A stretch of 64,000 bases of DNA, taken from the NCBI GenBank assembly GCA_013265495.1, contig MU058059.1:3015502-3079501 (forward strand), given 5' to 3'. Positions 12,609 through 24,989 of this stretch are shown here, piece after piece. This DNA is from Vicugna vicugna (taxonomy: Eukaryota). The notes beneath the pieces are model-generated. The model did not search any database, had not been told where the DNA came from, and saw nothing but the letters and a program-made list of their open reading frames with translations. Within the stretch, counting starts at the first letter, position 1. Each line of letters begins with the position of its first letter. The position numbers and the translations under genes were made by a program.

Positions 12609-14067
12609 AGCCGTGTCTGTGTCATCCATGTCTGAGTTCCAGCGCCTGATGGATGGCTCCCCTTTCCTGCCAGAGAAGGGGCTGCCCCCAGCAAGCAGCA
12701 AGGAGGACGTCACCCCACCCCTGTCCCCCGATGACCTCAAGTACATTGAGGAGTTCAACAATGAGAGTTGGGCCGACAGGACGGAGGCCGGCACCGAGCT
12801 CTTTCCCGACTCCTCCTGGTACCTCACCACAAGCGTCACCCTGACTACGGACACCATGACCAGCCCAGAGCACTGCCAGAAGCAGCCCCTGCGGAGCCTC
12901 GTCTGCGCCGAGCAGGCCGGGGTGAGGGTGCTGCACAGCCCGCCTACCGTCCGGAGGCTGGACAGCATAATGGCGGTAGGCGGTGAGGGCCGGGCCCGAG
13001 GCCTGGGGGACACGAAGGGGGCCCCCTCGGAACACGTACTTAGCAGGTGGCCCTGTGCCCCCTCCAGGCACCCCCGAGACTACGTGGAGGGTGGGCCCCG
13101 GCCCCTCGACAGCACCCTGGCTACCCCACTGGGTTTCTCCCCACCACTGCACAGCCTGGAGATGTCCAAGAACCTGAGTGATGACATGAAGGAGGTGGCC
13201 TTCTCCGTCAGGAACGCCGTCTGTTCTGGCCCCAGCGGGCCTCTGGTGAAGGACATGGCCTGCCAGACCAATGGGTCCCGGACAACGGGGACGCAGACCG
13301 TGCAGACCATCAGCGTCGGCCTACAGACCGAAGCCCTGCGGGGCGGCGCTGTCACCAGCAGCCCCCACAAGTGTCTCACACCCAAGGCGGGGGGTGGTGC
13401 CACGCCCGCGTCCTCGCCTTCCCGCGGCCTCAGGGGCAGGCAGGCAGCCCCGGCCATCGAGAAGGTGCAAGCCAAGTTCGAGCGCACGTGCTGCTCCCCC
13501 AAGTACGGGTCCCCCAAGCTACAGCGGAAGCCCCTCCCCAAAGCTGACCAGCCGAATCCCAGGCCCTCGACGGCGCTGGCCCAGAAGGGGTGCAGCGAGT
13601 CGGCCTGGGCCCGCTCCACCACCACACGGGAGAGCCCGGTGCACACCGCCATCAACGACGGCCTCTCCAGCCTCTTCAACATCATCGACCACGGCCCTGT
13701 GGTGCAGGACCCCTTCCAGAAAGGGATGCGGGCCTCGGCCTCCAGTCGGTCTCGTTCGGTGGAGCCCCGGCCAGAGCTGGGACCAGGCCAGGAAACCAGC
13801 CCCAGCTCCCGAGGCCGATCGCCCAGCCCCATCGCGGGCGGCGCTGAGACGTGCAGGGAGGAAGGGGGAGAGGGCACGCCAGTGAGGCAGGACCTGTCCG
13901 CTCCCCCTGGCTACACGCTCACAGAGAACGTCGCCCGGATCCTCCACAAGAAACTGCTGGAACACGCCTTAAAGGAGGAGCGGAGGCAGGCTGCCCATGG
14001 TCCCCCCAGTCTCAGCAGCGACAGCCACACGGGAGAAACCAGCAAGGCCGAGCCGGGGTCCATCGAG
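12609..14067 (+). CDS. MTCL1: MTCL1 large exon ([14 protein letters not shown]...AEPGSIE), C-terminal basic/Ser-Pro-rich region
   Basis: Acceptor cccctccccag|A GCC and donor GAG|gtaagg; 1459 nt, phase 2/0; lies within ORF 12502..14223. Contains [38 protein letters not shown] and [32 protein letters not shown], typical of MTCL1/SOGA. Confidence 0.97.
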
Positions 14068-16275
14068 GTAAGGGAGGCTGAGTGTCCTCCACCATCTGCT
14101 CGTCCTTTTACGTGTCCACACACCTTAACCTGGGGCTGTACTAGGTCTTCTATAACTGGCGCCTCAGAGCTGGAGAGACACAAGGTGCAAGGGAGAATGG
14201 ACACGCAGGGACACAGACCCTGAGCTGCTGCTTAAGGAGAACTTCACTTCCCTGCCGCCAGCGGGCTTGTGCGCAAGACGAGATGGAGTTCCCTTGAAGC
14301 AGCTCAGGGGTTGATTCAGGCCCTCAGCCCTGGCCTAGGTCAGTGATGTGCGTCTGTTTACCTGAGCTTTCCTCTGGGGTCACATCTGCCCTCCTTCTGT
14401 AAGGACTATGTCCCGGGAGAGTGTATGTGTGTGAGACATCAGAAAGCCAGGGGCCCGGGGCGAGGTGGGGGAACGAGGTGGACCTAGGACACCTCTCGTC
14501 AGGGCCCATAAGGGCGACATCTAGCTCCCTGAACGGCCTCCATGCACATAGCAGTCTTCTGTGTCCTTGAGTCCCCTCAGCAGTTCAACCAGGCAAGACG
14601 AGTGGATAAGGTCAGAATCTGGCCCTGGTACAAGGCAATCATCATGACCCCCTACACATCACCCCTCTAGGGCTGCCTGCAAATCAGTCCACCTTGAATT
14701 CTGCTCTGACCGTAGCCCCGTGTGGTATAATTGTACCACCCCACTTCTAAAACAATTCCCCTGTCCACTTCCAGAATAAGCAAAACAAAGCCAGGTGACG
14801 GTGGGCAAGGGGCTGTGGAAACAGTGGTGATGCCAGCCCCACGGCTCACCCCATGTGCATTCTTGGGGGTCAGGCCTGACCCTCCAGCAGCCCAGATGGA
14901 CCAGACCTCCTCCAGGCAGGGCAGCCACCAGAGGGCAGGGGTCGGCAGAAAGGAGAAGACGCCTCCCCTGGCTGCCCCACCCTCGCTCCTCACAGGCCCA
15001 CTGCCCCAGCTGCACAGGGGAGGACAATGTGTCACCTGAACCACCTTCTGCCCCCCTTTCCCACAGCAGGGGAAGTAATTCTCAGCCTCCTGGTACAACT
15101 CACCACAGGTGTTTAACTCAAATAGATTGTAAACCATGTAAATTGCCAGTGACCTACAGCAAGGGCAGTGCCACGTGGTTCAACCCCACAGTGACAGTCT
15201 ACGGCCTCACCTGCCAAAGATACGAGTCTTTGTGGTAGCTGTTCCGTGCTCCGAGGAGGCTGAGTGTCTTTGGGGGGCCCTTATGGGGAGCTGTCTGAGG
15301 GAGTGCCCCATCTTAGGGATCTCGAGCAGCCAGCTGGAATGAGTGTTTAGTCCCAAAGCATTAACTGGCTGGTTTGTGGTGTCCCATTTGTATTAGACAC
15401 TAAATAGAAGTTAATTTTTATGGACTAGAAGTGCTTTGCGTCACCTATGGTGAATGCTCCAGGTACCCTATGATACTACAAAGGAAATGGTTTAAGGACT
15501 GGGTCACAGCGCCAAGGCATGAACACGGCTGTGCCCCACCCCTCTGTCCCCTGGAAAGCGTCTGTTTAGATCATCTCACTGGGTGAGTTTGCTACCAAAA
15601 GAGGGGATGGCCACTTTCGGAGGTGCACAGGCACAGAGTCAGGAGTCAGGGGTTCGAACCTGCGTGGAGCGTGCACTGGCTGTTTAAATGTCACAGGTGC
15701 TTTCTTCCTTTCCTGTTGGAATTCTTCCTCACCTGAACTGACTACTCTGTGCGGCTCGTTGGAGAGCCCTTCCCATCCACCCATAAATTATGTGTAGGGT
15801 TTTTGTGTCATTTCCCACTGTCCTCAGCCCTTCTGGGGAATCTGAGTGGTCACTGGGGCGTCCGGACCCGGGGACGGAGGCGTCCTGGCCAGGAGTGGGC
15901 ACAGCTGCAGCGCCAACCCCCCACCCCACAAGCTCCTTAGGCTTCCGTCTGTCTTGAGGCCAGAGCCGCAGTGCGGAGGAGCCGTGAGGAGGAGGGCTGG
16001 CGCGGGGCCAGGAAGAGGTACAGTGCTGTTTGAGGGAAAACGCACGGGGAGAGTTTAGCCTGGGTCGCAGCTGCTTGGGCACCGAGACTACAACAGTCGG
16101 CTGTTTGGAACAGCCAGGGGCAGGCGGGGCTGCACTCTGCCGTGGGGGCCCCTCTGGCTGGAGCCCCGCCTCCAGCTGGCTGTCCCCGGAGCTGACTTTA
16201 AACCTGTACTGTTGTTCTTTCTTAAAAAGTACTTCGCAACCTACTTGCTCTTCTCTCTCTGTCTGTCCCGTCCAG

Positions 16276-16314
16276 AACCACACTGTCTTACTAACTGCCC
16301 CCTGGGGACTCTAG
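16276..16314 (+). CDS. MTCL1: MTCL1 short C-terminus NHTVLLTAPWGL* (cassette exon 16276-16332)
   Basis: Long pyrimidine tract and ccag|AAC acceptor; TAG at 16312-16314; donor GCC|gtaagt at 16332/16333. Matches the recalled human C-terminus ENQTVLLTAPWGL. Confidence 0.88.
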   Translation, partial: NHTVLLTAPWGL

Positions 16315-18259
16315 CCCTGCCTGCCTCACGCCGTAAGTGCTTTCTTCCTTCTTTCCCCGCTGCGCTCGCTTGTGTAGCCCAGGGCGGCCCCTGACCCTGG
16401 AGGTGTGCCGTGGGGGCTGCCCGCGCAGTGCCGGGTCCCGCTGAGCGACGCCCCCTCCGTGCAGTTTGCAGCCAGCGCGCATCTGCAGTGATGCCCCAGA
16501 GGGGCGGCCAGGCCAGGGTCCAAGCCCAGCACCTCCCCCGGGGCGCACTGCCGCGGGCTGTGATGAGGTGTGACCGTGTCGCAACAACTACACCAGAGGG
16601 AATGAATACAAATCCATCTCGTCCTCCCCAAAGGTCACCACTGGCGACAGAGCAGTGCTCAATAAATGCGTTAACTGAATAAAGCATAAAATCAGCCCTG
16701 CTCCAAAAATTGCATAATTGCCTTCAGAACCTGACTCGAGGCCTGTAAGGAAACACCGATCTTGTTTCTTTCTGTTCAAGGATAGTCACTCGCCCACCTT
16801 ATCCACTGGCCTCTCACACAGTCAGCGTGTGGCCCCCAGAAGCCAGCACCGGGGCTTCTCGGGGAGAGACGGCGTCCTGGCATCTGTGCTGGTGCACTGC
16901 TAACACAGAGCACTGTGCCCTTGGACTCAGGGTCACATAACGTTTCTTCTCCAAGGTGTTCGCACAGACACACTGAAGAGGGGACACACAACTCACAGGA
17001 AGCCCTTGTCACAGCCTCAGTCAGGTGGAAATGAGCCACAGACTTAGGTCGGCAGCCTGTACGCACACCCAGACGTGCACACACCACACACTAGTACACA
17101 ACACTCACACAAGACTAGGAGGAGCGACACCCAAAGCCATGGCAGGTTCCCCGGCCACAATCGCCGGTGCACCGGGCTTGGGGGAGGTGAGGACGTTCGG
17201 TTTCAGTTCCACCTGTTCATGCTGACGCGGTGTCACAGGCTGAAGCTCTGGTTGTCATGGTGTCTGTTAGCACACGTGCTCTGCTGACGTGGCCTCCCCG
17301 CAGCTGCAGGACAAGTCATCTTGTGTCATTGCTCCCTTTCTGCTGCCTGTGGGCGGCCTCCTCCCTCCATTGCTCGCTCCGTGTCACAGGCGCTCTCTTC
17401 CATGTGTCGCTCCCCTGCTCTGCTCACCACACACTGATCTGGGTCTCTTTACATCCTGTGACTTCCTTCCTGACTGGCTCTGCGGGTCTGGTTCTGTGTC
17501 CTTACTCACGGTAGTGGTTTCCTATCTCAGCTTCTTGTTGAGCAAGTGTCATCGGGGCGGACAGCTCCACCTGGGAGAACTCACCCTGTCCTCCTGCCGC
17601 AACCTCCAAGTCCGGGGTCCTCCGTCCTAGCGTGCAGAGCAAGGAGCAGCGGCCTTGAGAGGGGCCTGCAGGAGCCCCGCTCGGGGCTGAAGTGGGTGTC
17701 TATCCCCAGCATGTGCAGGAGCTGGCAGAGAGGCCCAGGCGCTCAGCTTCCACTCTGTAAACGCTGCTACTGGGAAGAGTGGTTAGATGAAACACCCTAA
17801 GTTAAACACTTCACGTCAGTCTGGAATGAACAGCAGCAGAGCTGGTGGCAGGGGAGTCTCGGGGCTGATGCGCCACCGGGTGAAATCTCCAGGCCCTTCA
17901 TGGGCCACGGTAGTTACCTCACCGGTCCCGGAGGGCTGGGATGACGGGTCGCCTGGGTGGGAAGGTTTCCCCAGCCGTGTAGACCACTCGCCCCTCCGGC
18001 TCCCCTGGCTGCTGCAGCCCCATGCACACGCCCATCTCATGCCACACTGTAATCGTCACCTGCCATCTCCCCTTCACTGTTGTCACTGGTCATTTGTACT
18101 GAACCCTTTGCTTACCGTTTCAATCGTTCTCCATGAGCAGCATATACATGAGCACTCGAAGGTGCAGGTGTGCTGGGCTCCTGCACTTGGGTCTGGGGCG
18201 ATCAGCGCCTAGGGGACCTATCTTGAGTAACCTTGTCTTTCTCTTCCTCGGCTCTGAAG

Positions 18260-18454
18260 GAACTACCTTGTTCCGCACTAGCTCCGCCCCTAGAGCCCTG
18301 CTTCTCCAGGCCCGAGAGACCAGCAAACCGCCGCCCTCCGTCCCGGTGGGCCCCACACTCCCCCACTGCCTCACTGGCCCCGTCACCCGGGGACCCAACC
18401 TCCACAGAGGAGCTCGGCGACGAGGAGCCGCCCATGGAGAAGCCACACCTGTGA
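18260..18454 (+). CDS. MTCL1: MTCL1 last exon, alternative long C-terminus ([30 protein letters not shown]...EKPHL*)
   Basis: Acceptor ctttctcttcctcggctctgaag|GAA is in phase 0 with the 14067 donor; TGA at 18452-18454. Resembles the recalled rodent-type MTCL1 C-terminus. Confidence 0.88.
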   Translation, partial: ELPCSALAPPLEPCFSRPERPANRRPPSRWAPHSPTASLAPSPGDPTSTEELGDEEPPMEKPHL

Positions 18455-19365
18455 TGCGGTTCGCATGGACCATCCGGGAAAATCCACTGTAACTTGCATA
18501 ACCACCCAGTCGTCATTGTCAACCGAACTCTGCCCCAAACGGAGAGAGCTGGTTTTCCCAAGGTCAAAGAATGTTAACAAAAACAAACAAACAAAACAAA
18601 CCACAGCTGCTGAATGTTCAACCTATGAACCTGAGATGTTTCTAGAATGAAACAGTAAATGTGCCTGTAAGAACTTAACTTTTTCATAGCGCAGAAAACT
18701 ATTTTTGTCTCCATCTTTTTTACACACAGTATATTAAAAAAACAAGTAAATAAGATAAATTTAAAAACAAAGTTTTAAAGATGTACATTTTAAGAGATTC
18801 TGAATACCCTTGCTCACAGTACTGACTGCCTCTGTTAAATGTGCACTGTTAACATTTTGGTTTGGTTTATTTCCACATTGAATTAGGATGTTTTAAGTTA
18901 ATCTTGTCAGTGTACTTGTTTTTTAAGAATTTTTGAAATGCTTCGGACCGTCTGATTCAGTGTACTTTTTGTAATGAAAACCCTGTGAGGCCAGGAGACA
19001 AGGCAGACTTCCTACATCCTGGCGGGTGGACGCAGAGGCCTCAGCTTCCGCGCTCGCCGTGTGATCCACGTGTTCCTGTCGGCCTGCATGTCCACACACC
19101 GCCATGGCCTGTTCCACCCTGAGATGCTGACTCCCCACGTCCTGCACTTGTACCACTGTTCTCTAGTGTCCATGATACAACAGCATTTTAAATTATTGTT
19201 AAAGGATTAACTGGCAATCCAGTGTTTACTCAAATTTTCTTGTTTAAGGAAAAGCACTACACAAAGTCTTGAGGATACCAAATGGAAAGAGAGGGGGGTG
19301 CCTCCGAGTCTGTGTGAGACAATGATGAAGAAGAAATAAAGCCTGTACGAGCCGGCACCTCCTTC
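18455..19365 (+). other. MTCL1: MTCL1 3'UTR
   Basis: AT/U-rich sequence with no repeat I recognise, running from the stop codon to a canonical poly(A) signal. The end is estimated. Confidence 0.7.
19335..19340 (+). terminator. Polyadenylation signal AATAAA for MTCL1
   Basis: AATAAA followed ~25-40 nt later by a pyrimidine/GT-rich tract (ccttctggcccttgtgtctc). Confidence 0.65.
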
Positions 19366-19889
19366 TGGCCCTTGTGTCTCCCGGGCTTCTGCCTCTTCCT
19401 AAGGGCTCCCATTAGTGTGGGGCAGCGGGGGGTCATGTGCCACTCTCGCACCAACTGGGAAAGCTCTGAGTGCACCCAGGCCTGGCAGGGTCTCTATGAG
19501 CGCATCCTGGGATAGATTAAAAGGCAACTTCGTGTTTTGCAGAAAAAGCCAAAATAGGTGGGCGGGGGGGGTACAGGTTATTTGCAGTCAGAATGCACCC
19601 GCCCTGGCTCCCTCTCCCCTCCTTGGAAAGTGGGAGAGCCGGTAACTTCCAGAACAGGCATTTCCAGCCCTGGACTGAGACGCGACCCAAGCTGTCAGCA
19701 GGGGACAGAGGAGGAGTCGGCGAAGGAGTGGCACTGATGAAGGGAACAGGGGAGCAATTTCAGGCCAGAGCTTCTGGCTCTAACGTTTTGTTCATAGAAC
19801 AGTTTTCTTCCTATCCAGATGGGCTAATAAGTTTTAGTCCTGGTCCATCTTTAAACAGTCAACAAAAAATAGCAACCTCTGGACACTGG

Positions 19890-20475
19890 AGCCCTGTGTA
19901 GCTGCTGTGTAAAACAGCAAGATGGCTCCTTAAAGGTTAGTTACAGCAGGACCCAGTAACTGCACTTCTGGGTGTAGACCCAGAAGACCTGAGAGCTGGG
20001 ACTTGAACAAGTATTTGTACGCCCATGTTCATAGCAGCACTATTCATGATAACCAAAAAGTGTCTGTCCCTGGATGAATGGATTAACAAAATGCAGCCTT
20101 AGAAAAGAAGGAGGTTCTGTCCCCTGCTATGGCATGGATGAACCATGAGGGCATTATGATGAGTGACACAGACCAGTCACAAAAGTAACAAATACTATAT
20201 GATTCCTCTTACATAAGGGACCCAGAGTGGTCAAGTTCATAGATACAGAAGTGAAATAGTGGTTAGCAGGAGCTGAGGAGCGGAAAGAATGAGGATACTG
20301 TTTAATGGGTGCAGACTTCCAGTCTGGGAAGGTAAACAAGTTCTGGAGACACGTAGTGGTGCTGGCTGCACAACAGCGTGAATGTACTTAATGCCCCTGA
20401 ACTCTGCTGAAAAATGACTCAAATGGTGAGTGTTATGTATATTTTACCACAGTAACAATTTTTAACGCAAAAAGT
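19890..20475 (+). mobile_element. LINE-1 3' fragment (L1MB-like)
   Basis: cccatgttcatagcagcactattca, gatgaatggattaacaaaatg, atggatgaaccatgagggcattatg, then gtatattttaccac at the 3' end. Confidence 0.8.
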
Positions 20476-21829
20476 AAATATTCTACTTAAGCCCCCAAAC
20501 ATGGGTGCAAACCAACTGTCAACCAGGTGACAACATCAAGTTTCTTTCGTGCCCACCTGCCCACAGTAAACGCCAGGAGAAAGGCACGCCAGCGTTCTTC
20601 CACTTGGAAGCAACTAGGCAGCCGCAAGAAGGGACGTGGCTGGTGCTCATCCCTGGGAAAGCACCAGTGTCAAGGCGCATTACAATCCAGGCTTCAGACC
20701 ACGCTGTCAGGACCTGCTCTGTCTCCACTCTGCTCTGCGTGGCCTTATCCTCAGACACGCATCCCAAGAGCTGGCAACGCTGCTCCCCCGAGGCTCTCAC
20801 TAGGTTATATCCTCCAGAGAGAGGCTCTTACCAGAAGTGCCAACAGAAGCCCCAGGATTAAAGCGTCTCACCCGTCTGCTCTAAGTCATGCCACACCTCA
20901 ACCCGCTCGCTGCCAGACCGGCCCGCAGAGGAAGAACAGAGGGGAGGGTGCCTGGAAGACAGTGAAGGCTGAACAGGACAGGGAGAAAACCCCTGAACTA
21001 CAGGGAGAGATCCAGTCGCCCCAGAGAACTTGCTCACTGGCTGGAGAAGAAAGCCCCCGGCACAAAAACAAAACGCAAAACTGGCGTGGTCTAAGTCCCA
21101 AGCCAAGCAGGGTGTGAGCTGAACTTGGAGGAAGAGCGGGATGTAAATGCGAAAGCAGGAGAGGTGCTGGCTGGGGAGGTGGCAGTAGAGATGAGGGGAC
21201 CGTCCAGAGACCAGCCTGCAGGGACAGAGCCATGGCAGCAGGACCAGTGCCCTGAAAGCGCCTGGGGACCTCTGGGACCACCCAGGCCTCTCGCCGCAGG
21301 GCGCATGTGTTCTGGAGCCTGGCTCCTGAGGAGCCGCTGGGCTTCTGCACAGGCAAGACCAGAGGCGGAGTACCCTCTGGCCGCACAGACAGTGAGGCCC
21401 CAAGTGGTGAGAGCAGCTGCTTGTCTGTTCACGGCCCCACTCGCCGCCCCTAGTGTGCAGTCTGCTTTCATGGCCTGGAGAGAGAGAGGCCGAAGCCCAG
21501 CTGACAGCCCTCACGTGCACGCCGCCGCCCCTGCCTCCGGCTCAGGGCCAAGGCCAGCCCGACAGCGCCCATCCAACTGCGGTCAGTCTGGGCGAGAGTG
21601 GCCACGAGACACCTTTCCACCTTTCCTTTTTCCTCCTGATGAGCAGGCAACCTTGTTACATTAAGGTTTTCAATATCATGTGTCTGTTTAAAAAGTATAT
21701 CTGTGCATGTCATTATTCAAATTCTCTTCAGTACCTCTGTTTCACTCACTTTTTTAGTTAAGCTTGCCAGAGTTATGCACACTTTTCTTCAAAAATAGCT
21801 GAGATGTGCAACTATCATTTTCTAACGTG

Positions 21830-22200
21830 TTGATTTTTTTTCACATTGTGGTGAAGTATACATGACCTAAAATTGAGCACTGTGACGAGTACCACTCAGG
21901 GGCACTTGGTGCATTCACAGAGCTGCGCAAGCACCCGCGCTGTCTGATCCCAGAATGTCTTCATCACCCTACAAGGAAATGAGCCTTGAGCAGTCCCTCC
22001 CCCAGCCCCTGGCACCCTTGGATCTGTTCTCTGTCTCTGTGTTTTTGCCTACTTGGGACATTTCATATAAGTGGAATCACACAAGATGTGGACTTTGGCT
22101 TCTTTCATTTTGCATGGTGTTTTCAAGGTTCACCCACACTGCAGCCCGTGTCTGCACTTCCCTTTCAGAGTTGAGTAATAGTCCACATTTTGTTTACTAT
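21830..22200 (-). mobile_element. LINE-1 3' fragment
   Basis: T-run followed by attgtggtgaagtatacatgacctaaaatt...ggacatttcatataagtggaatcacac. Confidence 0.75.
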
Positions 22201-23444
22201 TTATTTTTAAAACAAAAGAAAATGCTTTACCTTAAACAGCCCTGACCACAATGTGCACTGGAAGCCAGTATAGCAGGAGATCAGGCTGAGTCATAAGCAA
22301 GTTGGGTGTGTGAGCGAATGTGACGACACTGGCTCTTTTGAACACACTGGTTCGCTCCACTTAGAGGAGACATCTGAATCTGAATCCTGATTTGAACACT
22401 TAGAATAACACAACCTTGGCCCATCTACTTAAGATGCATCTGAAAAACAGCAACAGTGACACCTACTTCCCAGGCATGTGCTTACTGTGCGCACAACACT
22501 ATGCCAAGAGCAGAAGACACCAACTGTCAGCCAGAAATGAACAGAAAAGACGGGCTCCCTGCTCTCACAGAGCGCGTGTTCTGGTGGTAAGAATGGCACG
22601 GTGGGCAGGGCTGAGCGTGGTGGGGAGAAATGAAAGCCTCCCCAGGGGAGACAGCTAAGTGAGGCCTGGACGGGAGCAGCTGTCAGCTGGGCAGAGGGCG
22701 TGGCTGGTGCAGTCAGGACGAGGAGGTGGGCCTGAGCCCTTGTGTTCCTGGAAGCGAAAGACGCCACTGTGGCCTGGGCGGGGGAAGAGGACCAGGGAGC
22801 CTGGGGGCGCCTCGTGGGGCACAGGAGAGTCTGAATTTTATGCAAGGCTGGGGAGGTGGTCCATTGAAAGATACTAAGCAAGAGAGTGACTTTTTAGAAG
22901 ACCAGTGTGATGTAAGGACGAGAAGGGCAAGACTGGGAGGCTTCCCGACAAAGGCTGTTGATCAGAGAAGCCTCGTGCCATCAAGCTGGCCGCGAGCCAC
23001 ACCACAAGGGCCAGGCTTTAGGACCGTAGCTGAGGATTCTGTGTGCCCCGCTGCCAGATGCCAGAATCTACTGCAGCTGTTGAGATAAAGGCTGAACGAA
23101 GTCCTTGCGTATTCTACTGCTGCCTCTCAGGCTGAGCCAGCAGCCTGGGCAGTGGCTGTCGGCCAAGAAGAACCAGTCCCCTCTCTCAGCCCCCTTCCCT
23201 TCAGGGCACGAAACCACATAGCAAGCCTCTCATTCCTGTTCTGTTTGTTTTAAAGGTCCAATCCTTCTCCAAAAGGAAGCTGGGACTTCTAAGCTACTGT
23301 CAGTCATCTGTAACTTAGTGACAGTGGGTTCCTGCTCTGTAAGGTTGTCTATAGGGGGGCAGCTGAGGACTCTGGGTGTGGGGAGGGCAGGGGCACGGAA
23401 AGGCAGTTACAGGGGCTACACAATGTGAGACAAAAGAATGGGAT

Positions 23445-23527
23445 GGTGAAGGGGACAGCTCGGTGGTAGAGCATGTGCTCATCATGCACGCAGTCCTGGG
23501 TTCAGTCCCCAGTGCCTCCACTAAAAA
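23445..23527 (+). mobile_element. tRNA-Ala-derived SINE (camelid Vic-1-like)
   Basis: A box (agctcggtggtagagc), B box (gggttcagtccc), anticodon-arm remnant gcatgtgctcatcatgcacg, 3' cctcca and a short A tail. Confidence 0.8.
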
Positions 23528-24989
23528 GACACAAAGACGACCACGACTGGGATAGGAACACAGAGAGAGCCGACTTTGTTTCCTCCAGGCCCAGTTCTAT
23601 TAGACTGAATGAACCCAGCCCACTTCAAAGACAGGAGCTTCTGTAATTTCCCGGTGAGCTAATGAACTTCAGCAGCACTCCAGGCATCCAAACCTCACGG
23701 TCCCCACAGGATCCTGGAATCAGTTCACTCATCAACTCCAGCCTCCTCTGTACATATCATTTTAACTGATTAAAATAAAAACAAAGCACTGAAGATACTC
23801 TGATGAGACAGGTACACCTAAAAACAGCTGGTGGAATTATAAATTCTAAACTCCAAACTTCTGGAGAATGACTAAGCAGTAAGCCATTATCTATAAAAAC
23901 TGTTCACACGGAGTCATTTCCCTCAGGGGAATTTACCCCCAAGTAACTCCAATGAAGTCACTGTAATGTGTACAATGTACAATTGTTCATAACAGCACGA
24001 CTCATACAGCAAAATCAGGGAACAGGCTAAACAAGTTGTGGTCCATCCACAGGATCTAGTGATCCTTCACCCAGAAAACAGTCCCACTGACCAGGGCCTG
24101 GACAGACCTGTGGGGACACAAACATAAATGTGACGCATCTGCCCCCACAAGGCTCATCACTGGGTCCAGGGTATCCAACTACCGGGGCTCAAATCCCGCC
24201 CCACCACCTTCTGAGCGAACGCCCCCAGGAAGGTGCCCGGTGCCCTCCTAGTCTCAGCTTTCTCCTACGCAAAGTGAAAGTGTGACAGCAATCAGCTAGC
24301 AGGTGAGTGACGAGATCAGGTACGCTAGCACCTGTCAAGCACTTGAATAGTGCCGGCACGAGATTTGTTAAGTAAATGATTACATGTGTCCCATCGTAAG
24401 ACAACATGACATGCTGTCATGGCATAACAGAAGTGCAGAGTGAGCACAGAGAAGGCCTTAATTCCAGCTGGGCTGGGTTCGGGGGCTAAGCGGTGGTCTA
24501 CAAAGACCTCACGCTGACCTGCACGGTAAGTCTCATGGGAGAAATGGTGGAGGAGAGAATGAGAAAGAGAAGTTCAAGAAGTACTGCCTATGTTATACAT
24601 GTGATATACTCTTCTGGAATTTTTGGAGAGATTCAAATTTATTTTCAGTCACTTTTGTATATTGGGCTAGTGTTTTATTGAATGTTGCACCAGGCTAAGT
24701 TTCATTGGAAAGAAAACCAAAGGGAGAAAAGGAGCGCAACCGTCTGTCAGGGCCAGAACACCAGCCACCCCTTCCTGGGCACCCGTCTGCTATGGCATTT
24801 CACAGGAAGAGTCACTTTTATCTGGGTCAGTGTTCCTAGCGTTCCTAGGGACACGGGCAGCCACATCTCCCGCCCTGTGGTTCACGCCTGTTTGTGTGTT
24901 AGACTCTAGACGGGTGCCAACGTTCTCAAAGTAGTGCTGATGAAAATGAGACGTGTGCATTTGGTTGTGTAGTCATTAGAGATGCTCAT

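Noticed and set aside
13080..13877. 265-aa antisense ORF (and other overlapping ORFs) across the large MTCL1 exon
   Set aside because: Expected shadow of a GC-rich coding exon; no independent splice, promoter or homology evidence.
18455..19340. miRNA seed matches in the 3'UTR (e.g. TGCACTG at 18842)
   Set aside because: Single 7-mers are expected by chance and cannot be supported without conservation data.
20505..21761. Stack of 100-220 aa ORFs downstream of MTCL1
   Set aside because: Overlapping frames on both strands in GC-rich sequence, no recognisable domain or exon structure.
23445..23527. Functional tRNA gene
   Set aside because: Acceptor and anticodon stems are degenerate and it has an A-rich tail; it is a SINE.
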